This document shows, one piece after another, positions 44,082-60,200 of a DNA stretch of 64,000 bases. The DNA is taken from the NCBI RefSeq assembly GCF_009914755.1, contig NC_060931.1, one strand, 5' to 3'. Positions within the stretch are counted from its first letter, which is position 1. Each line of letters begins with the position of its first letter. The position numbers and the translations under genes were made by a program. The notes under the pieces were generated by a model. The model was not told where the DNA came from. It made no database searches and saw only the letters and a program-made list of their open reading frames with translations. The DNA is from the human T2T-CHM13v2.0 reference genome, Homo sapiens.

Positions 44082-45884
44082 AAAAAGTATTCAAGATGTG
44101 AAAAAAAAAAAAAACCCAACTGACAAATATAGAAACTGATATTTACTATAAGCAAGACATCAAAAGGCAATTCATTAATATGTTCACTGTGTGGGCTATC
44201 TCACTGCAGGATCTGCCAGAGCTGACATAGCCCAATCGTACATGGTCTCTTTTTCTCCCAACTAAGAGTTGTCATTACCAGAACAATTTCACCAAGAAAT
44301 TTTAATGATTTAGTTCAAATTAGAAACGTCAAAATTAAACTTTGAAAAAGAAACTGATGGAATATTGAGCAGAACAAAACGATTGCTAACAACACACAAC
44401 AACTGATGTAACTTCATGTAAACAACCAGTGCTGTTCAGCCACACTTAAACATCACATCAAGAGCAGTTCAGTGCTCCCTCATTTGCCCTGTAAGGCACT
44501 GGAAGTTACCTCAGAGGAGGCTAGGGCAATAAAATGGTCTGAACTCTGAATCTGTAGTTTGCTCATAAATATGTGAAATATACAATGACCTCTTGAAAAT
44601 ATGAAAAAGACTTAAAATCCAAAAGATACACATCCCGCTAAAATTCCATATGAATAAATGGCATAACACAAGTTATTCCAAGTCAATTTAGATATGGTAA
44701 GATCTTATAATAAGATATCCTATTACATGTTTCTCTAAGAATTCAGCTGTAATTAAATCATGTCTGAATAGACCATGATGTACATTCTCACTGAAAAACA
44801 AAATTTACAAATATGTTTTATCTACCTTAATATTGATAACAAGTTATCAATTAAATTAATTCAATTAAGTCCCCTTCACCTGGATAGCTTCAAGTCTCAC
44901 ACAAGACTCACGGTTCTAATGTACTTTTACAAATACAAAAATAATTTTTAAGAATTCCTCAGAGGATGCTGAAATATGGAAATTTAAGACTTAGTCCAAT
45001 TCTTTCTCACCAACCAAAGAAGTCAGGTATACTGTTATAATTCCATACATGGATAAGAAGTGGTACAGTCATTAACTTGTCAAATGATGACTTATTCAAG
45101 GTGTATTTATAGGAGAAAACATTTGCATGGATGTCACAATAGATAATGAACTGCAAATTAATAAGAAAAAAGTGAACAGGTCAATAGAAAAACAGGTAAA
45201 GGATATGAACCCAGTAATTTATGGAATAAGTACAAAGGTTAATAAACATGAAAAGAGATGAGTGTTTATTGATTTGTAGTGTTTCCTGAGCTCTCCCCAC
45301 CTCCATTAGAATATAAGTTCCAATAGCCCAGAGACCATAACTGTCTTCTCTTCACTGCTGTATCCCTAGGGCCTAGATTAGTGCCTGGGACACAGGAAGT
45401 GTTTGTTAAATTTGCTGAATGAACAAACAAATGAATAAACCTCACTAAAAACTACTTTTTAACTTATAGGACTGGCAAAAACTGCAAAGATTAAGAATAT
45501 CAAACAGGGAGGAGGGCAAGAAGAGATACTCGCATCTCCACTCACCCCGTTTTGGGGAGTATAGCTTAATACAGCTTTGTGGATGAAAATTTGACAATAC
45601 CCTGATAATTCAACTCCTAAGAATCTACCCTACAAATTAAAATGCTGTTACATGATGGTGTATAAGCCAGAATATTCACTGATATACCATTTGTGACAAC
45701 AGAAAGATGGAAAATGCCCAGCAAGAGGAACATTATGAAGCCATTCTAAATAATGCTATAGATCTGTGTGTATTAATATGGAAAGATATATACTAATGTA
45801 GAAAGATGTCCACGATACTTGGTTGAAAAACACAAGTGGTATACTAATATATAGTGATATACTTTTTTAATACTTTTTGTTAAT

Positions 45885-47758
<1,874 letters not shown>

Positions 47759-50096
47759 ATGATACACTATTTTTTAAAATTTAAGAAATATCTGGTTCCA
47801 TGTTTTTTCTAGCACATATATGTATTCTTAAAACTCAGGAAAAAAGTCTGGAAGGGCACATAGAACTGTTAGCAGTTCTTACTTCTAGGGAGTGTAGGGA
47901 ATTTTTTTTTTCCTTTTGCAGAGAGGGAACAACTTCGTTATAAGCATGTACTATACATTTAAAATTTTATATAATACAATTTTTAAAACTGTAAAACAAA
48001 AAATAGGCTTTTAAGTAATTTAAGTCGATTTATATTATTAAAATCATAGCCAGAAAAATGCCACCCATTCATCTATAAAATTTAATTTAATCAATACAAG
48101 TATAGTTTTATAGTACAATGATACAATTTGAAAACAATATTCCCAACATATATGAAGGTACTACTTTGAGAATGTTCACCTACCTGGCTATTCTTCAAAT
48201 AGTCCAAGTCTCATGTACCCACACAAGTTTTCACTCTGCTTGAAATGTGCTATTCCCTCACCTTTCTCCACTTACCCACTCCTCACCACTATCATTGCCT
48301 AGAAAGCTTTCAGCTTACCCTTTAAGATACAACTCAACTCACTGAAAAGCTTTCCTGTTGTGACATAAAGAAAACATTTGCAAGACAGATGATTTCTTAA
48401 AAAAATTAAAGGAACATATTTTCTCTGATATAGATAATTCTAATTCTTGCTACTAAATTTTTAGAGTAATAAAAAGTTACCTAAGTGAAAATAAAATAGC
48501 CATTAACTTTTAATTACCCAGATATTTCTACCTTTTCCAAAAATCTCCATGTGCTTACAGAAACATAGCCAAAGGCTTCAAAACAATTCCTGATCTGGGA
48601 AAAATACAAACGGATTTTTGGACGTCCACATGAACTAGACATGTTCTTGTTTAGAAAGCTAGCATTTATGACAAATTTTCCGAAATGAAATGAATCTAAA
48701 TTTGTTGATATTACAAAAATAACACAATAATGTATTTTTGCTCTATGTCAACTTAAATGTCTTCAAACTGATGTAAAAATATGCATAAAAATAACTGTGC
48801 CAGGTAATAACTAGTATTCCAAATTCCACCTGGGGAAATGAATTTTATGGCTATACTATAAACTTCTAAAATCCTGAAGTTTTAATAGATATACTGACAC
48901 AACCTTAACCATAACAGCTCTAGCAACTGCTGCTATAATCAATCTGTCAGTTTCTATAATAGCTATGACAAATCCATTAATATGAATGATGTACACTTCA
49001 CATAGCGCACTACACAGCAACCGCACAAGTTATGTCATCTCCATTCTGAGTAGCAAATCAGTAATCAATATTTGTAAAAGCAGCAGCTAATCCTTTGTAA
49101 AATCACTGGTTCAGTGATTGAGGAGTTTGCTCAATCCACACAGTTAATCCCTCTTCATCTGCTTGAGCCCTCTCTTTATCCCAGCCTCTTACAATGCTAG
49201 CTATGGCAGATTAATACATCTCCACATGCTAAACATGACCTGACAATTGACACAGGATATTGCTGACAGGATAAGCTCTACAAACCCTGGCCTTTTAAAA
49301 GGGAAGCTTAAAATTAACATTCAGAAACCCAAAGTTTACAAACAGACTCACCACTATCCCTTCTCAACTCCAGTTATCTGATTTATTAAGCTCACCCTCC
49401 TTGGGAAATAGATCACTATTTTTGGTTTGAACAAGTTTTGTTGATTATTGTAGAATGCTTATTCATAAAGCATTTCCTGTTATCCCCATCTTTAAAATAA
49501 AGGTAAATACAAGTTTTCTGGCCAAGAAAAGAGGCCCATTTGTAGAGAACCATTTAAAGAATTCCTGTGTGTGAAGTAAAAGTGACAGTACTCAGCTACT
49601 TCAAAGTTCTACATTTGAAGAAAATCTCAAAAAAGCATCTTAATGCTTAAAACAAAGCTTTGAGTGAAAAAAAGATGCATTTCCACACTGAAAAGTGATG
49701 AACAATACTTTAAGTAAAGTGCTCTGTGCTAAAAGAAACATATGTTAAAGATATAAAATAACAAGTTTAATCATCCCTAACAATTAGATAAAATGACAGA
49801 TCTTTTTTTAGGAATTACACTAAATTTTACTTAAAGATCCAACATAAATTTCCTTAACAGAGTTATTTCAGTTCACATATTCCACGAATCCTTGGAATTC
49901 AAACTACTTGAAATTCTAAACTAACTGAAACTACTCAAAAGGAAAGAAAATGCAAATTCATGTCAAAGTAATAGTAGAAAATAGGCCTAGAAAGAAAAAT
50001 TATTTCCTAACCCAAGAGAGTAAACGAAATCTTTTTAAAGGAATTGATTTTTTTATAAAGACAACAAAACTACTTTATATATATAACTTCTGGTTA

Positions 50097-50437
50097 TAGT
50101 CACGCTCCCTTATCTATCGATGGGAAATATGTTCCAAGGCCCCCAGTGGATGCCTGAAACTACAGATAGTACCGAATCCTACATATACTATGTTTTTTCC
50201 CATACAAATACACCTATGATAAGGTCTGATTTATAATTTAGGCACTGCAAAAGAATAACAACAATTAATAATACAATAAAACAATTATATTAATAATAAA
50301 TACTGTAATAAAAGTTAAGTGAATGTGGCCTCTCTCAAAATATCTTATTATACTGTAACTAACCTATTTTTGGACCCTGGTTGACTGTGGGCAACTGAAA
50401 CCACAGAAGCAAAACCTCAGATAAGGGGTGACTACTG
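50097..50437 (-). mobile_element. MER44A-like (TcMar-Tigger) relic
   Basis: TIR-like ends (cccttatc / gataaggggtgactactg), about 340 bp. Confidence 0.75.
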
Positions 50438-51318
50438 TAGTTGTGTCAAATTTAGGTGGAATATCAACCAAGCGATTACATCTTATAGTTTTCATTCCTC
50501 CTCAAGAGAAAGAGGAGGCCAAAGGAAGGCCAAAAAGAAACAACATGAAAGAACTGTCTGACCAGAAGCCAAAAGCATATAGAATTTTAGAAAAGAAATG
50601 AATCAATAGTCAGTAGTATAAGTTGCTTCCGAAAGGCCAAGAAAGAGAACTACTGGAAACTGTTCACTGAATATGGAAATTAAGAGGATATAGTGATCTT
50701 GTTGGGATATCAGGGAAGAGGTAGTATGGGCAGAAGATAGTCTGTAGTAATGAAGGAATGAAATGCGCGAAAGTGGAACAGGGAAAACGCAACTGGTCTT
50801 TAAAAATAAATCTGTAGTGAAGAAAAGAGAGGAAAGAAAAACCAGAGAGGAAAGCATTTCCAGTTTTCTTTCTAATTCAATTATTTGTAGCAATAGTCCC
50901 TCTTCCATATCAAGTTACACTTTAATGCAACACAGTCTTCAAAATAACTAAAAGCCAATACTGCAATTAAAAAATTTAATAATTTTAACCTTATTTAGGA
51001 ATAATAAATCTGTAATGTCAAAAATGAATAAGAGCTTAAAAATGATAACTAGCATTTGAAAATTTAGGCTGACATCTCCAATGTAATGCATAGATATCTC
51101 ATATAGTATGTTGCATATTTTTAAAATGTAATCTTATAATTCAATGTCTTTTTCAGATACTAAGCAAAATAATTTTCTAGTCAGTGGAATTTGCTATAAA
51201 GAGAATTATATATATCACCAAATCCTACAAGACAACTGGCTCTAATTCGCTTTACTGAAGGAAGCTGAGGCACAGAATGAATAAAAAGACAGCAATACTA
51301 GGGCAATATTATAGGCGA

Positions 51319-51600
51319 GGCCAGGCATGCTGGCTCACACCTGTAATAGCACTTTGGGAGGCCGAGGTGGTCGGACTGCCTGAGCTCAGGCGTTTGAGAC
51401 CGGCCTGGGCAACATGGGGAAACCCTGTCTCTACTAAAAATAGAAAAAATTAGCCAGGCATGGTGGCACACATCTGTAATCCCGGCAACTCGGGAGTCTG
51501 AGGCACAAGAATTGGTTGAAGCCAGGAGGCGGAGGTTGCAGTGAGCTGAGATTGTGCCATTGCGCTCTAGCCAGGGCGACAGAGTGAGACTTTGTCTCCA
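51319..51600 (+). mobile_element. AluS
   Basis: Dimeric Alu. Confidence 0.88.
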
Positions 51601-51850
51601 AAATATACATATATATAATAGGGTGACCTTTCCATGTCAAGAATATGTAGAAGATTAGATAAGTAGAGAAGTTTGCCAGCAGCTAAGAAAAGTAAATTTC
51701 AAAACTCTTTTGAACCATAAAAATAACTTACAGGCCACAGTCACCAATGCTATTTCATACTATCTTGAAACAGTGACATTTCCCTGGTACATTTAAATTA
51801 TGATATTGCAAAGTTCAATTTATTCATAGCTTTTTAAAAAAACATCTATT

Positions 51851-52003
51851 GCAGCTACTCGGGAGGCTGAGGTAGGAGGACTGCTTGAGCCTAGGAGGTC
51901 AAGGCTCTAGTGAGTTGTGAACGTACCACTGCACTCCAGCCTGGGTGACAGAGTGAGACCCTGTCTCTAAAAAAATTAAAATTAAAATTAAAAATTAAAA
52001 AAA
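51851..52003 (+). mobile_element. Alu right-arm fragment (J-like)
   Basis: cagctactcgggaggctgagg...gaccctgtctc followed by a tail. Confidence 0.8.
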
Positions 52004-52254
52004 TCCACACATCTGTTATACAAACTATATACTTACTCATATGGAAATCTTTTTGTTCTATTGCTAGCTGTCTTTGAACTGCCTTTGAATCTTAAGACTC
52101 TAGACATACAATTAATGTTCTCTCCCATATAAACACATACACGTGTATGTAAAATGTATGCATATGTACATGTATCATCCACACACACATGCAATACTGC
52201 CCAATATATCCTAAAGACGCTAATGCTTGCCTTTAAAAAAAAATAGTGATGCCC

Positions 52255-52391
52255 AGCTAGGCGCGGTGGCTCATGCCTGTAATCCCAGCACTTTGAGAGG
52301 CTGAGGCGGGCAGATCACGAAGTCAGGAGATCGAGACCATCCTGGCTAAGATGATGAAACCCCATCTCTACTAAAAATACAAAAAAAAAAA
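52255..52391 (+). mobile_element. Left-arm-only AluY/Sc-like element
   Basis: Left monomer ending at the linker tactaaaaatac(A)n; tgatgccc on both flanks. Confidence 0.88.
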
Positions 52392-53359
52392 TTGATGCCC
52401 ATAAACAGCTTATGTTTTTCAATACAACTAAAATAATTTTCTAAGAAATAGTAAAAAAGTTTTTAAGGTGAAGGTAACTGAATGATTCAAAGGAAAGAAA
52501 TTTATAACCTCTTTCAAAAACCTTTCAGACTCTTCCTTAGACACCCAAGTAACCAAAATCATAAATTTGCAACCCAATTTGCCAATGTTACATGTATAGC
52601 CAGAGAACAAAATAATGCCCTTACAAGTTCCAGTATGTAACAACATTGGCCTCATTAACAATATATTTTAACTGAACAAACTTGCTAGTCAGGCATTAGT
52701 TTCTTCTTTAGGATATAATGAGAAAACAGCATTGTGCATCTCACTGACCAATTGAAGTTTACTTGTTCTGAAGAAAATGTTGTCTTCAAGTCTGAGATCT
52801 CAGGTTTCTATAAATATTTTCAATTATATTTTAATAATACCAAATATTTACTTGCTTGAATATAAATAAAAACATTTTTCTTGTGTTTTTAGTTACATGG
52901 ATAAAACCAAAGTTACCAAGATTTTCCACATAAGAAAATATTTACAAAGGAAAATAAGTGCTCACATTGAAAATGATCTAGTAGCACCATAAATTTCTTT
53001 GTAGACTCAGACATAAAAGATACAAAGTCTGAATTTTTTATTCCAAGGGATTCCAAAAATTTACAAAGGCAAAAAAAATTTATGAAACTCATCCCATTAT
53101 TATGGCTCAGTGCACCATGTCAGGAGTTAACATGATACCAATTTATCCATCCCTGATGATGTTAATTTTCATCACTTATTTAAGGTGTTATCTGCCATAT
53201 TTCTCCACTGTCACATGACTGTTTTTCACTTTATAGATAATAAGTATCTCACAGAGAGATACTTTGAGATGACGTAAAATATCCCATTCTTCAAACTTTC
53301 ATTCACTAGTTTTAACATCTATAGATTTAGAATTCAAAGATTCTTGCTGGAGTTAATTA

Positions 53360-53700
53360 CAGTCATGCATCACTTAACAACAGGGATACATTCTAAGAAA
53401 TACATCATTAGGTGATTTTGTCATTGTATAAACATCATGACACGTACTTACACAAACTTAGATGGTACAGCCTACTACACACCTAGGCAATATTATATAT
53501 AGCCTATTGCTCCTAGGCTACAAACCCCCTATAGCATGTTACTCTACTGAATACTGTAGGCAGCTGTAACACAATGGTAACTACTTGTGTATCTAAACAT
53601 GGAAAAGGCACAGTAAAAATACACTATTATAAACTTATAAGACCATCATCAACTATACAATTCGTTGTTGACTGAAAGGTTGTTAGGCAGCACATGACTG
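53360..53700 (+). mobile_element. Tigger3a/Golem-like relic
   Basis: TIRs cagtcatgc...catgactg, about 340 bp. Confidence 0.8.
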
Positions 53701-54257
53701 TTCTTCTATCATCATCTCAAATGATGTTTCCAGCCTTTTTTAAAAAAATAAATGAAGATGTCAAATACTCTTTATATGACAAAGATGAAAGCTAGACAAA
53801 AGATAGCAGTTTGGAAATTCAATAATTTCAAGAGAAATAGGTGATTCTTTCCCAGGTAGTCTGCAAACGTGACTTGATATGTATGTGTATAGGAAGGTGT
53901 GGGTATATATGTGTCTACATTAATATTTTTGTAACCATCCAGCAACTAGGTACAGTACCTAGTAGTGCATATATTGAGAAAAACTATGCAATAAAAAATA
54001 GGAATAGCATAGTCATTCTCTATAGAAGAAGAAGAAAACATAGATCAGGAATCAGAAGACTACTCCTGTTGAACCGTAAACTTCGTGTGCGTTCCTAGAT
54101 GATTCAATCTTTCTAGACTTCACTTATAAAATGAGAGGCATAGACTAGATAATTTACAACCTTCTTTCCAATTCTATTATTCATTTTAATAATTTTTAAA
54201 ATATATTGATTTATACACAGATGTTTTTAAAAATTTTACCTTTACTATATAACTTTT

Positions 54258-57200
54258 TTTCATAATCTCTTCTTTTTTTCTTTTATCTTTTTTTATTTTT
54301 ATTTTTATCATACTTTAAGTTCTGGGTTACATGTACAGAATGTGCAGGTTTGTTACATAGGTATCCATGTGCCATGGTGATTTGCTGCACCCATCAACCC
54401 ATCATCTACAGTAAGTATTTCTCCTAATATTATCTAACACGGGGTTTCACTGTGTTAGCCAGGAGGGTCTCGATCTCCTGACCTCGTGATCCGCCCACCT
54501 CGGCCTCCCAAAGTGCTGGGATTACAGGCGTGAGCCACGGCGCCTGGCTGTGCCACATTTTCTTTATCCAGTCTAACATTGATGGGCATTTGGGTTGGTT
54601 ACAGCTCTTCCCTATTGTGAATAGTGGTGCAATAAACATACATGTGCATGTGTCTTTATAGTAGAATGATTATAATCCTTTGAGTATACACCCAGTAATG
54701 GGATTAATGGGTCAAATGGTATTTCTGGTTCTAGATCCTTGAGAAATCACCACACTGTCTTCCACAATGGTTGAACTAATTTACACTCCCACCAACAGTA
54801 TAAAAGCGTTCCTATTTCTCCACATCCTCTCCAGCATCTGTTGTTTCCTGACTTTTTAATGATTGCCATTCTAACTGACGTGAAATGGTATCTCATTGTG
54901 GTTTTGATTTGCATTTCTCTAATGACCAGTGATGATGAGCTTTCCTTCATATGTTTTTTGGCCACATATATGTCTTCTTTTGAGAAGTGTCTGTTCATAT
55001 CCTTCACCCACTTTTTGATGTTTTTTTTTCTTGTAAATTTGTTTAAGTTCCTTGTGGATTCCGGATATTAGCCCCCTGTCAGATGGATTGCAAAAATTTT
55101 CTCCCATTCTGTAGGTTGTCTCCTCATTCTGATGATAGTTTCTTTTGCTGTGCAGAAGGTCTTCAGTTTAATTAGATCCCATTTGTCAACTTTGGCTTTT
55201 GTTGCCATTGCTTTTGATGTTTAAGTCATAAAGTCTTTGCCCATGCCTATGTCCTAAATGGTGTTGCCTAGGTTTTCTTCGAGGGTTTTTATGGTGTTAG
55301 GTTTTACATTTAAGTCTTTAATCCACCTTGGGTTAATTTTTGTATAATGTGTAAGGAAGGGGTCCGGTTTCAGTTTTCTGCATATGACTAGGCAGTTTTC
55401 CCAACACCATTTATTAAATAGGGAATCCTTTCCCCATTGCTTGTTTTTGTCAGGTTTGTCAAAGAGCAGATGGTTGTAGATGTGTGGTGTTATTTCTGAG
55501 GCCCCTGTTCTGTTCCATTGCTCCATATATCTGTTTTGGTACCAGTACCATGCTGTTTGGGTTACCATAGCCTTGTAGTATAGTTTGAAGTCAGGTAGCG
55601 TGATGTCTCCAGCTTTGTTCTTTTTTGTTTAGGATTGTCTTAGCTATGCGGGCCCTTTTTTGGTTCCATATGAAATTTACAGTAGTTTTTTTCTAATTCA
55701 GTGAAGAAAGTCAATGGTAGCTTGATGGGGATAGCATTGAATCTATAAATTACTTTGGGCAGTATGACAATTTTCACTATATTGATTCTTCCTATCCATG
55801 AGCATGGAATGTTTTTCCATTTGTTTGTGTCCTGTCTTATTTCCTTGAGCAGTGGTTTGTAGTTCTCCTTGAAGAGGTCCTTCACATGCCTTGTAAGTTG
55901 TATTCCTAGGTATTTTACTATCTTTGTAACAATTGTGAATGGAAGTTCACTCATGATTTGGCTCTCTGTTTGTCTATTATTGGTGTATAGGAATGCTTGT
56001 GATTTTTGCACATTGATTTTGTATCCTGAGACTTTGTTGAAGTTGCTTATCAGCTTAAGGAGATTTTAGGCTCAGACGATGGGGTTTTCTAAATATACAA
56101 TCATGTCATCTACAAACAGAGACAATTTTACTTCCTCTCTTCCTATTTGAATACCCTTTATTTCTTTCTCTTGCCTGACTGCCCTAGCCAGAACTTTGAA
56201 TACTATGTTGAATGAAAGTGGTGAAAGAGGGCATCCTTGTCTTGAGCCGGTTTTCAAAGGGAATGCTTCCAGCTTTTGCCCATTCAGTATGATATCGGCT
56301 GTGGGTTTGTCATAAATAGCTCTTACTATTTTGAGATACATTCCATCAGTACCTATTTTATTGAGAGTTTTTAGCATGAAGGGCTGTTTTTATTGAAGGC
56401 CTTTTCTGCATCTATTGAGATAATCATGTGGTTTTTGTCATTGGTTCTGTTTATGTGATGGATTATGTTTATTGATTTGCATATGTCAAACCAGCCTTGC
56501 ATCCCAGGGATGAAGCCGACTTGATCATGGTGGATAAGCTTTTTGATGTGCTGCTGGATTCAGTTTGCCAGTATTTTATTGATGATTTTCACATCGATGT
56601 TCATCAGGGATATTGGCCTGAAATTTTCTTTTTTTGTTGTGTCTCTGTCAGGTTTTGGTATCAAGATGATGCTGGCCTCATAAAATGAGTTAGGGAGGAG
56701 TCCCTCTTTTTCTACTGTTTGGAATAGTTTCAGAAGGAATAGTACCAGCTCCTTTTTGTATCTCTGGTACAATTCGCCTGTGAATCCATTTGGTCCTGGG
56801 ATTTTTTTGGCTGGTAGGCTATTAATTACTGCCTCAATTTCAGAATCTGTTATTGGCCTATTCATGAATTTGACTTCTTCCTGTTTCAGACTTGGCAGGG
56901 TGTATGTGTCCAGGAATTTGTCAATTTCTTCTACATTTTCTAGTTTATTTGCATAGAGGTGTTTATAGTATTCTCTGACAGTAGTCTGTATTTCTGTGGG
57001 ATCAGTGGTGATCGCCCCATTATCATTTTTTATTGTGTCTATTCGATTCTCTTCTCTTTTCTTCTTGATTTGTCTGGCAAGTGGTCTGTTTTGTTAATCT
57101 TTTCAAAAAACCAGTTCCTGAATTCATTGATTTTTTGAAGGGTTTTTTGTGTCTCTATCTCCTTCCGTTCTGCTCTGGTCTTTGTTATTTCTTGTCTTCT

Positions 57201-60200
57201 GCTAGCTTTTGAATTTGTTCTTGCTTCTCTAGTTCTTTTAAATGTGATGTTAGGTTGTCGATTTTAGATCTTTTCTACTTTCTCTTGTGGGCATTTAATG
57301 CTATAAATTTCCCTCTAAACACTGCTTTAGCTGTGTCCCAGAGATTCTGGTATGTTGTCTCCTTGTTCTCATTGGTTTCAAAGAACTTATTTATTTCTGC
57401 CTTAATTTCGTTATTTACCCAGTAGTCATTCAGGAGCAGGCTGTTCAGTTTCCATGTAGTTGTGCAGTATTGAGTGAGTTTCTTAATCCTGAGTTCTAAT
57501 TTGCTTGCACTGTGGTCTGAGTGATGGTTTATTATGATTTCTGTTCTTTTGCATTTACTGAGGAGTGTTTTACTTCCAATTATGTGGTCAATTTTAGAAT
57601 AAGTGCAATGTGGTGCTGAGAAGAATGTATATTCTATTGATTTGGGGTGGAGAGTTCTATAGATGTCTTATTAGGTCCACTTGGTTCAGAGCTGAGTTCA
57701 AGTTCTGAATATCCTTGTTAATTTTCTGTCTTGTTGATCTAATATTGACAGTGGAGTGTTAAAGTCTCCCAGTGTCACTGTGTGGGAGTCTAAGTCTCTT
57801 TGTAGGTCTCTAAAAACTTGTTTATGAATCTGGGTGCTCCTGTATTGGATGCATATATATTTAGGATAGTTAGCTCTTCCTGTTGCATGGATCCCTTTAC
57901 CATTATGTAATGCCCTTGTCTTTTTTGATCTTTGTTGATTTAATGTCTGTATTATCAGAGACTAAGATTGCAACCCCTGCTTTTTTTTTTTTTGCTTTCC
58001 ATTTGCTTGATAAATATTCCTCCATCCCTTTATTTTGACTCTATTTGTGTCTTTACATGTGAGATGAGTCTCCTGAATACAGCACACCAATGGGTCTTGA
58101 CTCTTTATACAATTTGCAGGTCTGTGTCTTTTATTTGGGGCATTTGGCCCATTTACATTTAAGGTTAGTATTATGTATGAATTTGATCCTGTCATTATGA
58201 TGCTAGCTGGTTATTTTGCCCATTAGTTGATGCAGTTTCTTCATAGTGTCGATGGTCTTTACAATTTGCTATGTTTTTTGCAGTGGCTGGTACTGGTTTT
58301 TCCTTTCCATGTTTAATGCTTCCTTCAGGAGCTCTTGTAAGGCAGGCCCGGTGGTGACAAAATCTCTCAGCATTTGCTTGTCTGTAAAGGATTTTATTTC
58401 TCCTTGGCTTGTGAAGCTCTTTGGCTAGATATGAAATTCTGGGTTGAAAATTCTTTTCTTTAAGAATGTTGAATATTGGCCCCCACTCTCTTCTGGCTTA
58501 CAGGGTTTCTGCAGATAGATCCGCTGTTAGTCTGATGGGCTTCCCTTTGTGGGTAACCCAACCTTTCTCTCTGGCTGCCCTTAACATTTTTTCCTTCATT
58601 TCAACCTTGGTGAATCTGATGATTATGGGTCTTGGGGTTGCTCTTCTCGAGGAGTATCTTTGTGGTGTTCTATGTATTTCCTGAATTTGAATGTAGGCCT
58701 GTCTTTCTAGGCTGGGGAAGTTCTCCTGGATAATATCCTGAAGAGTATTTTCCAACTTGGTTCCATTCTCCCTGTCACTTTCAGGTACACTAATCAAACG
58801 TAGGTTTGGTGTATTCACACAGTCCCATATTTCTTGGAGGCTTTGTTCCTTTTCATTCTTTTTTTCTCTAATCTTGTCTTCACGCTTTATTTTGTTAAGT
58901 TCATCTTCAATCTCTGATATACTTTCTTCTGCTTAATCGATTTGGCTATTGATACTTGGGTATGCTTCATGAAGTTCTCATGCTGTGTTTTTCAGCTCCA
59001 TCAGGTCATTTATGTTCTTCTCCAAACTGGTTATTCTAGTTAGCAGTTCCTCTAACCTTTTATCAAGGTTCTCAGCTTCCTTGAATTGGGTTAGAGCATG
59101 CTCCTTTAGGTTGGAGGAGTTTGTTATTACCCACCTTCTGAAGCCTATTTCTGTCAATTCATCAAACTCACTCTCCATCCAGTTTTGTTCCCTTGCTGGC
59201 AAGGAGTTGTGATCCTTTGGAGGAGAAGAGGCATTCTGGTTTTTGGAATTTTCAGCCTTTTTGTGCTGGTTTTTCCTCATCTTCATGGATTTATCTACCT
59301 TTGGTTTTGCTGTTGGTGACCTTCAGATGGAGTTTTTGAGTGGTCGTCCTTTTTGTTGATGTTGAAGCCATTGCTTTCTGTTTGTTAGTTTTCCTTCTAA
59401 TAGGCCTCTCTTCTGCAGGTCTGCCGGAGTTTGCTGGGGGTCTACTCCAGACCCTGTTTGCCTGGGTATCACCAACGGAGGCTGCAGGACAGCAAAGATT
59501 GCTGCCTGCTCCTTCCTCTGGAAGCTTTGTCCCAGAGGGGCACCCGCCAGATGCCAGCCAGAGCTGTCCCATATGAGGTGTCTGTCGACCCCTGCTGGGA
59601 GGTGTCTCCCAGTCAGGAGGCACAGGGTCAGAGACCCACTTGAGGAGGCAGTCTGACCCTTAGCAGAGCTTGAGAGCTGTGCTGGGAGATCTGCTGCGCT
59701 CTTCAGAGCCAGCAGGCAGGAACATTTAAGTCTGCTGAAGCTGTGCCCACAGCCACCCATTCCCCCAGGTGCTCTATCCCAGGGAGATGGGAGAGTTTTA
59801 TCTATAAGCCCCTGACTGAGGCTGCTGCCTTTCTTCCAGAGATGCCCTGCCCAGAGAGGAGGAATCTAGAGAGGCAGTCTGGTTACAGTGGCTTTGCCAA
59901 GCCGTGGTAGGCTCCACCCAGTTTGAACTTCTGGGTGGCTTTGTTTACACTATGAGGGGAAAACTGCCTATTCAAGCCTCAGTAATGGTGGACACCCCTT
60001 CCCCCACCAAGCTCAAGTGTCCCAGGTCAACTTCAGACTGCTACACTGGCAGTGAGAATTTCAAGCCAATGGATCTTAGCTTGCTGGGCTCTGTGGGGGT
60101 GGGATCTGCTGAGCAAGACTACTTGGCTCCCTGGCTTCAGTCCCTTTTCCAGGGGAATGAACAGTTCTGTTTCGCTGGTGTTCCAGGTGCCACTGGAGTA

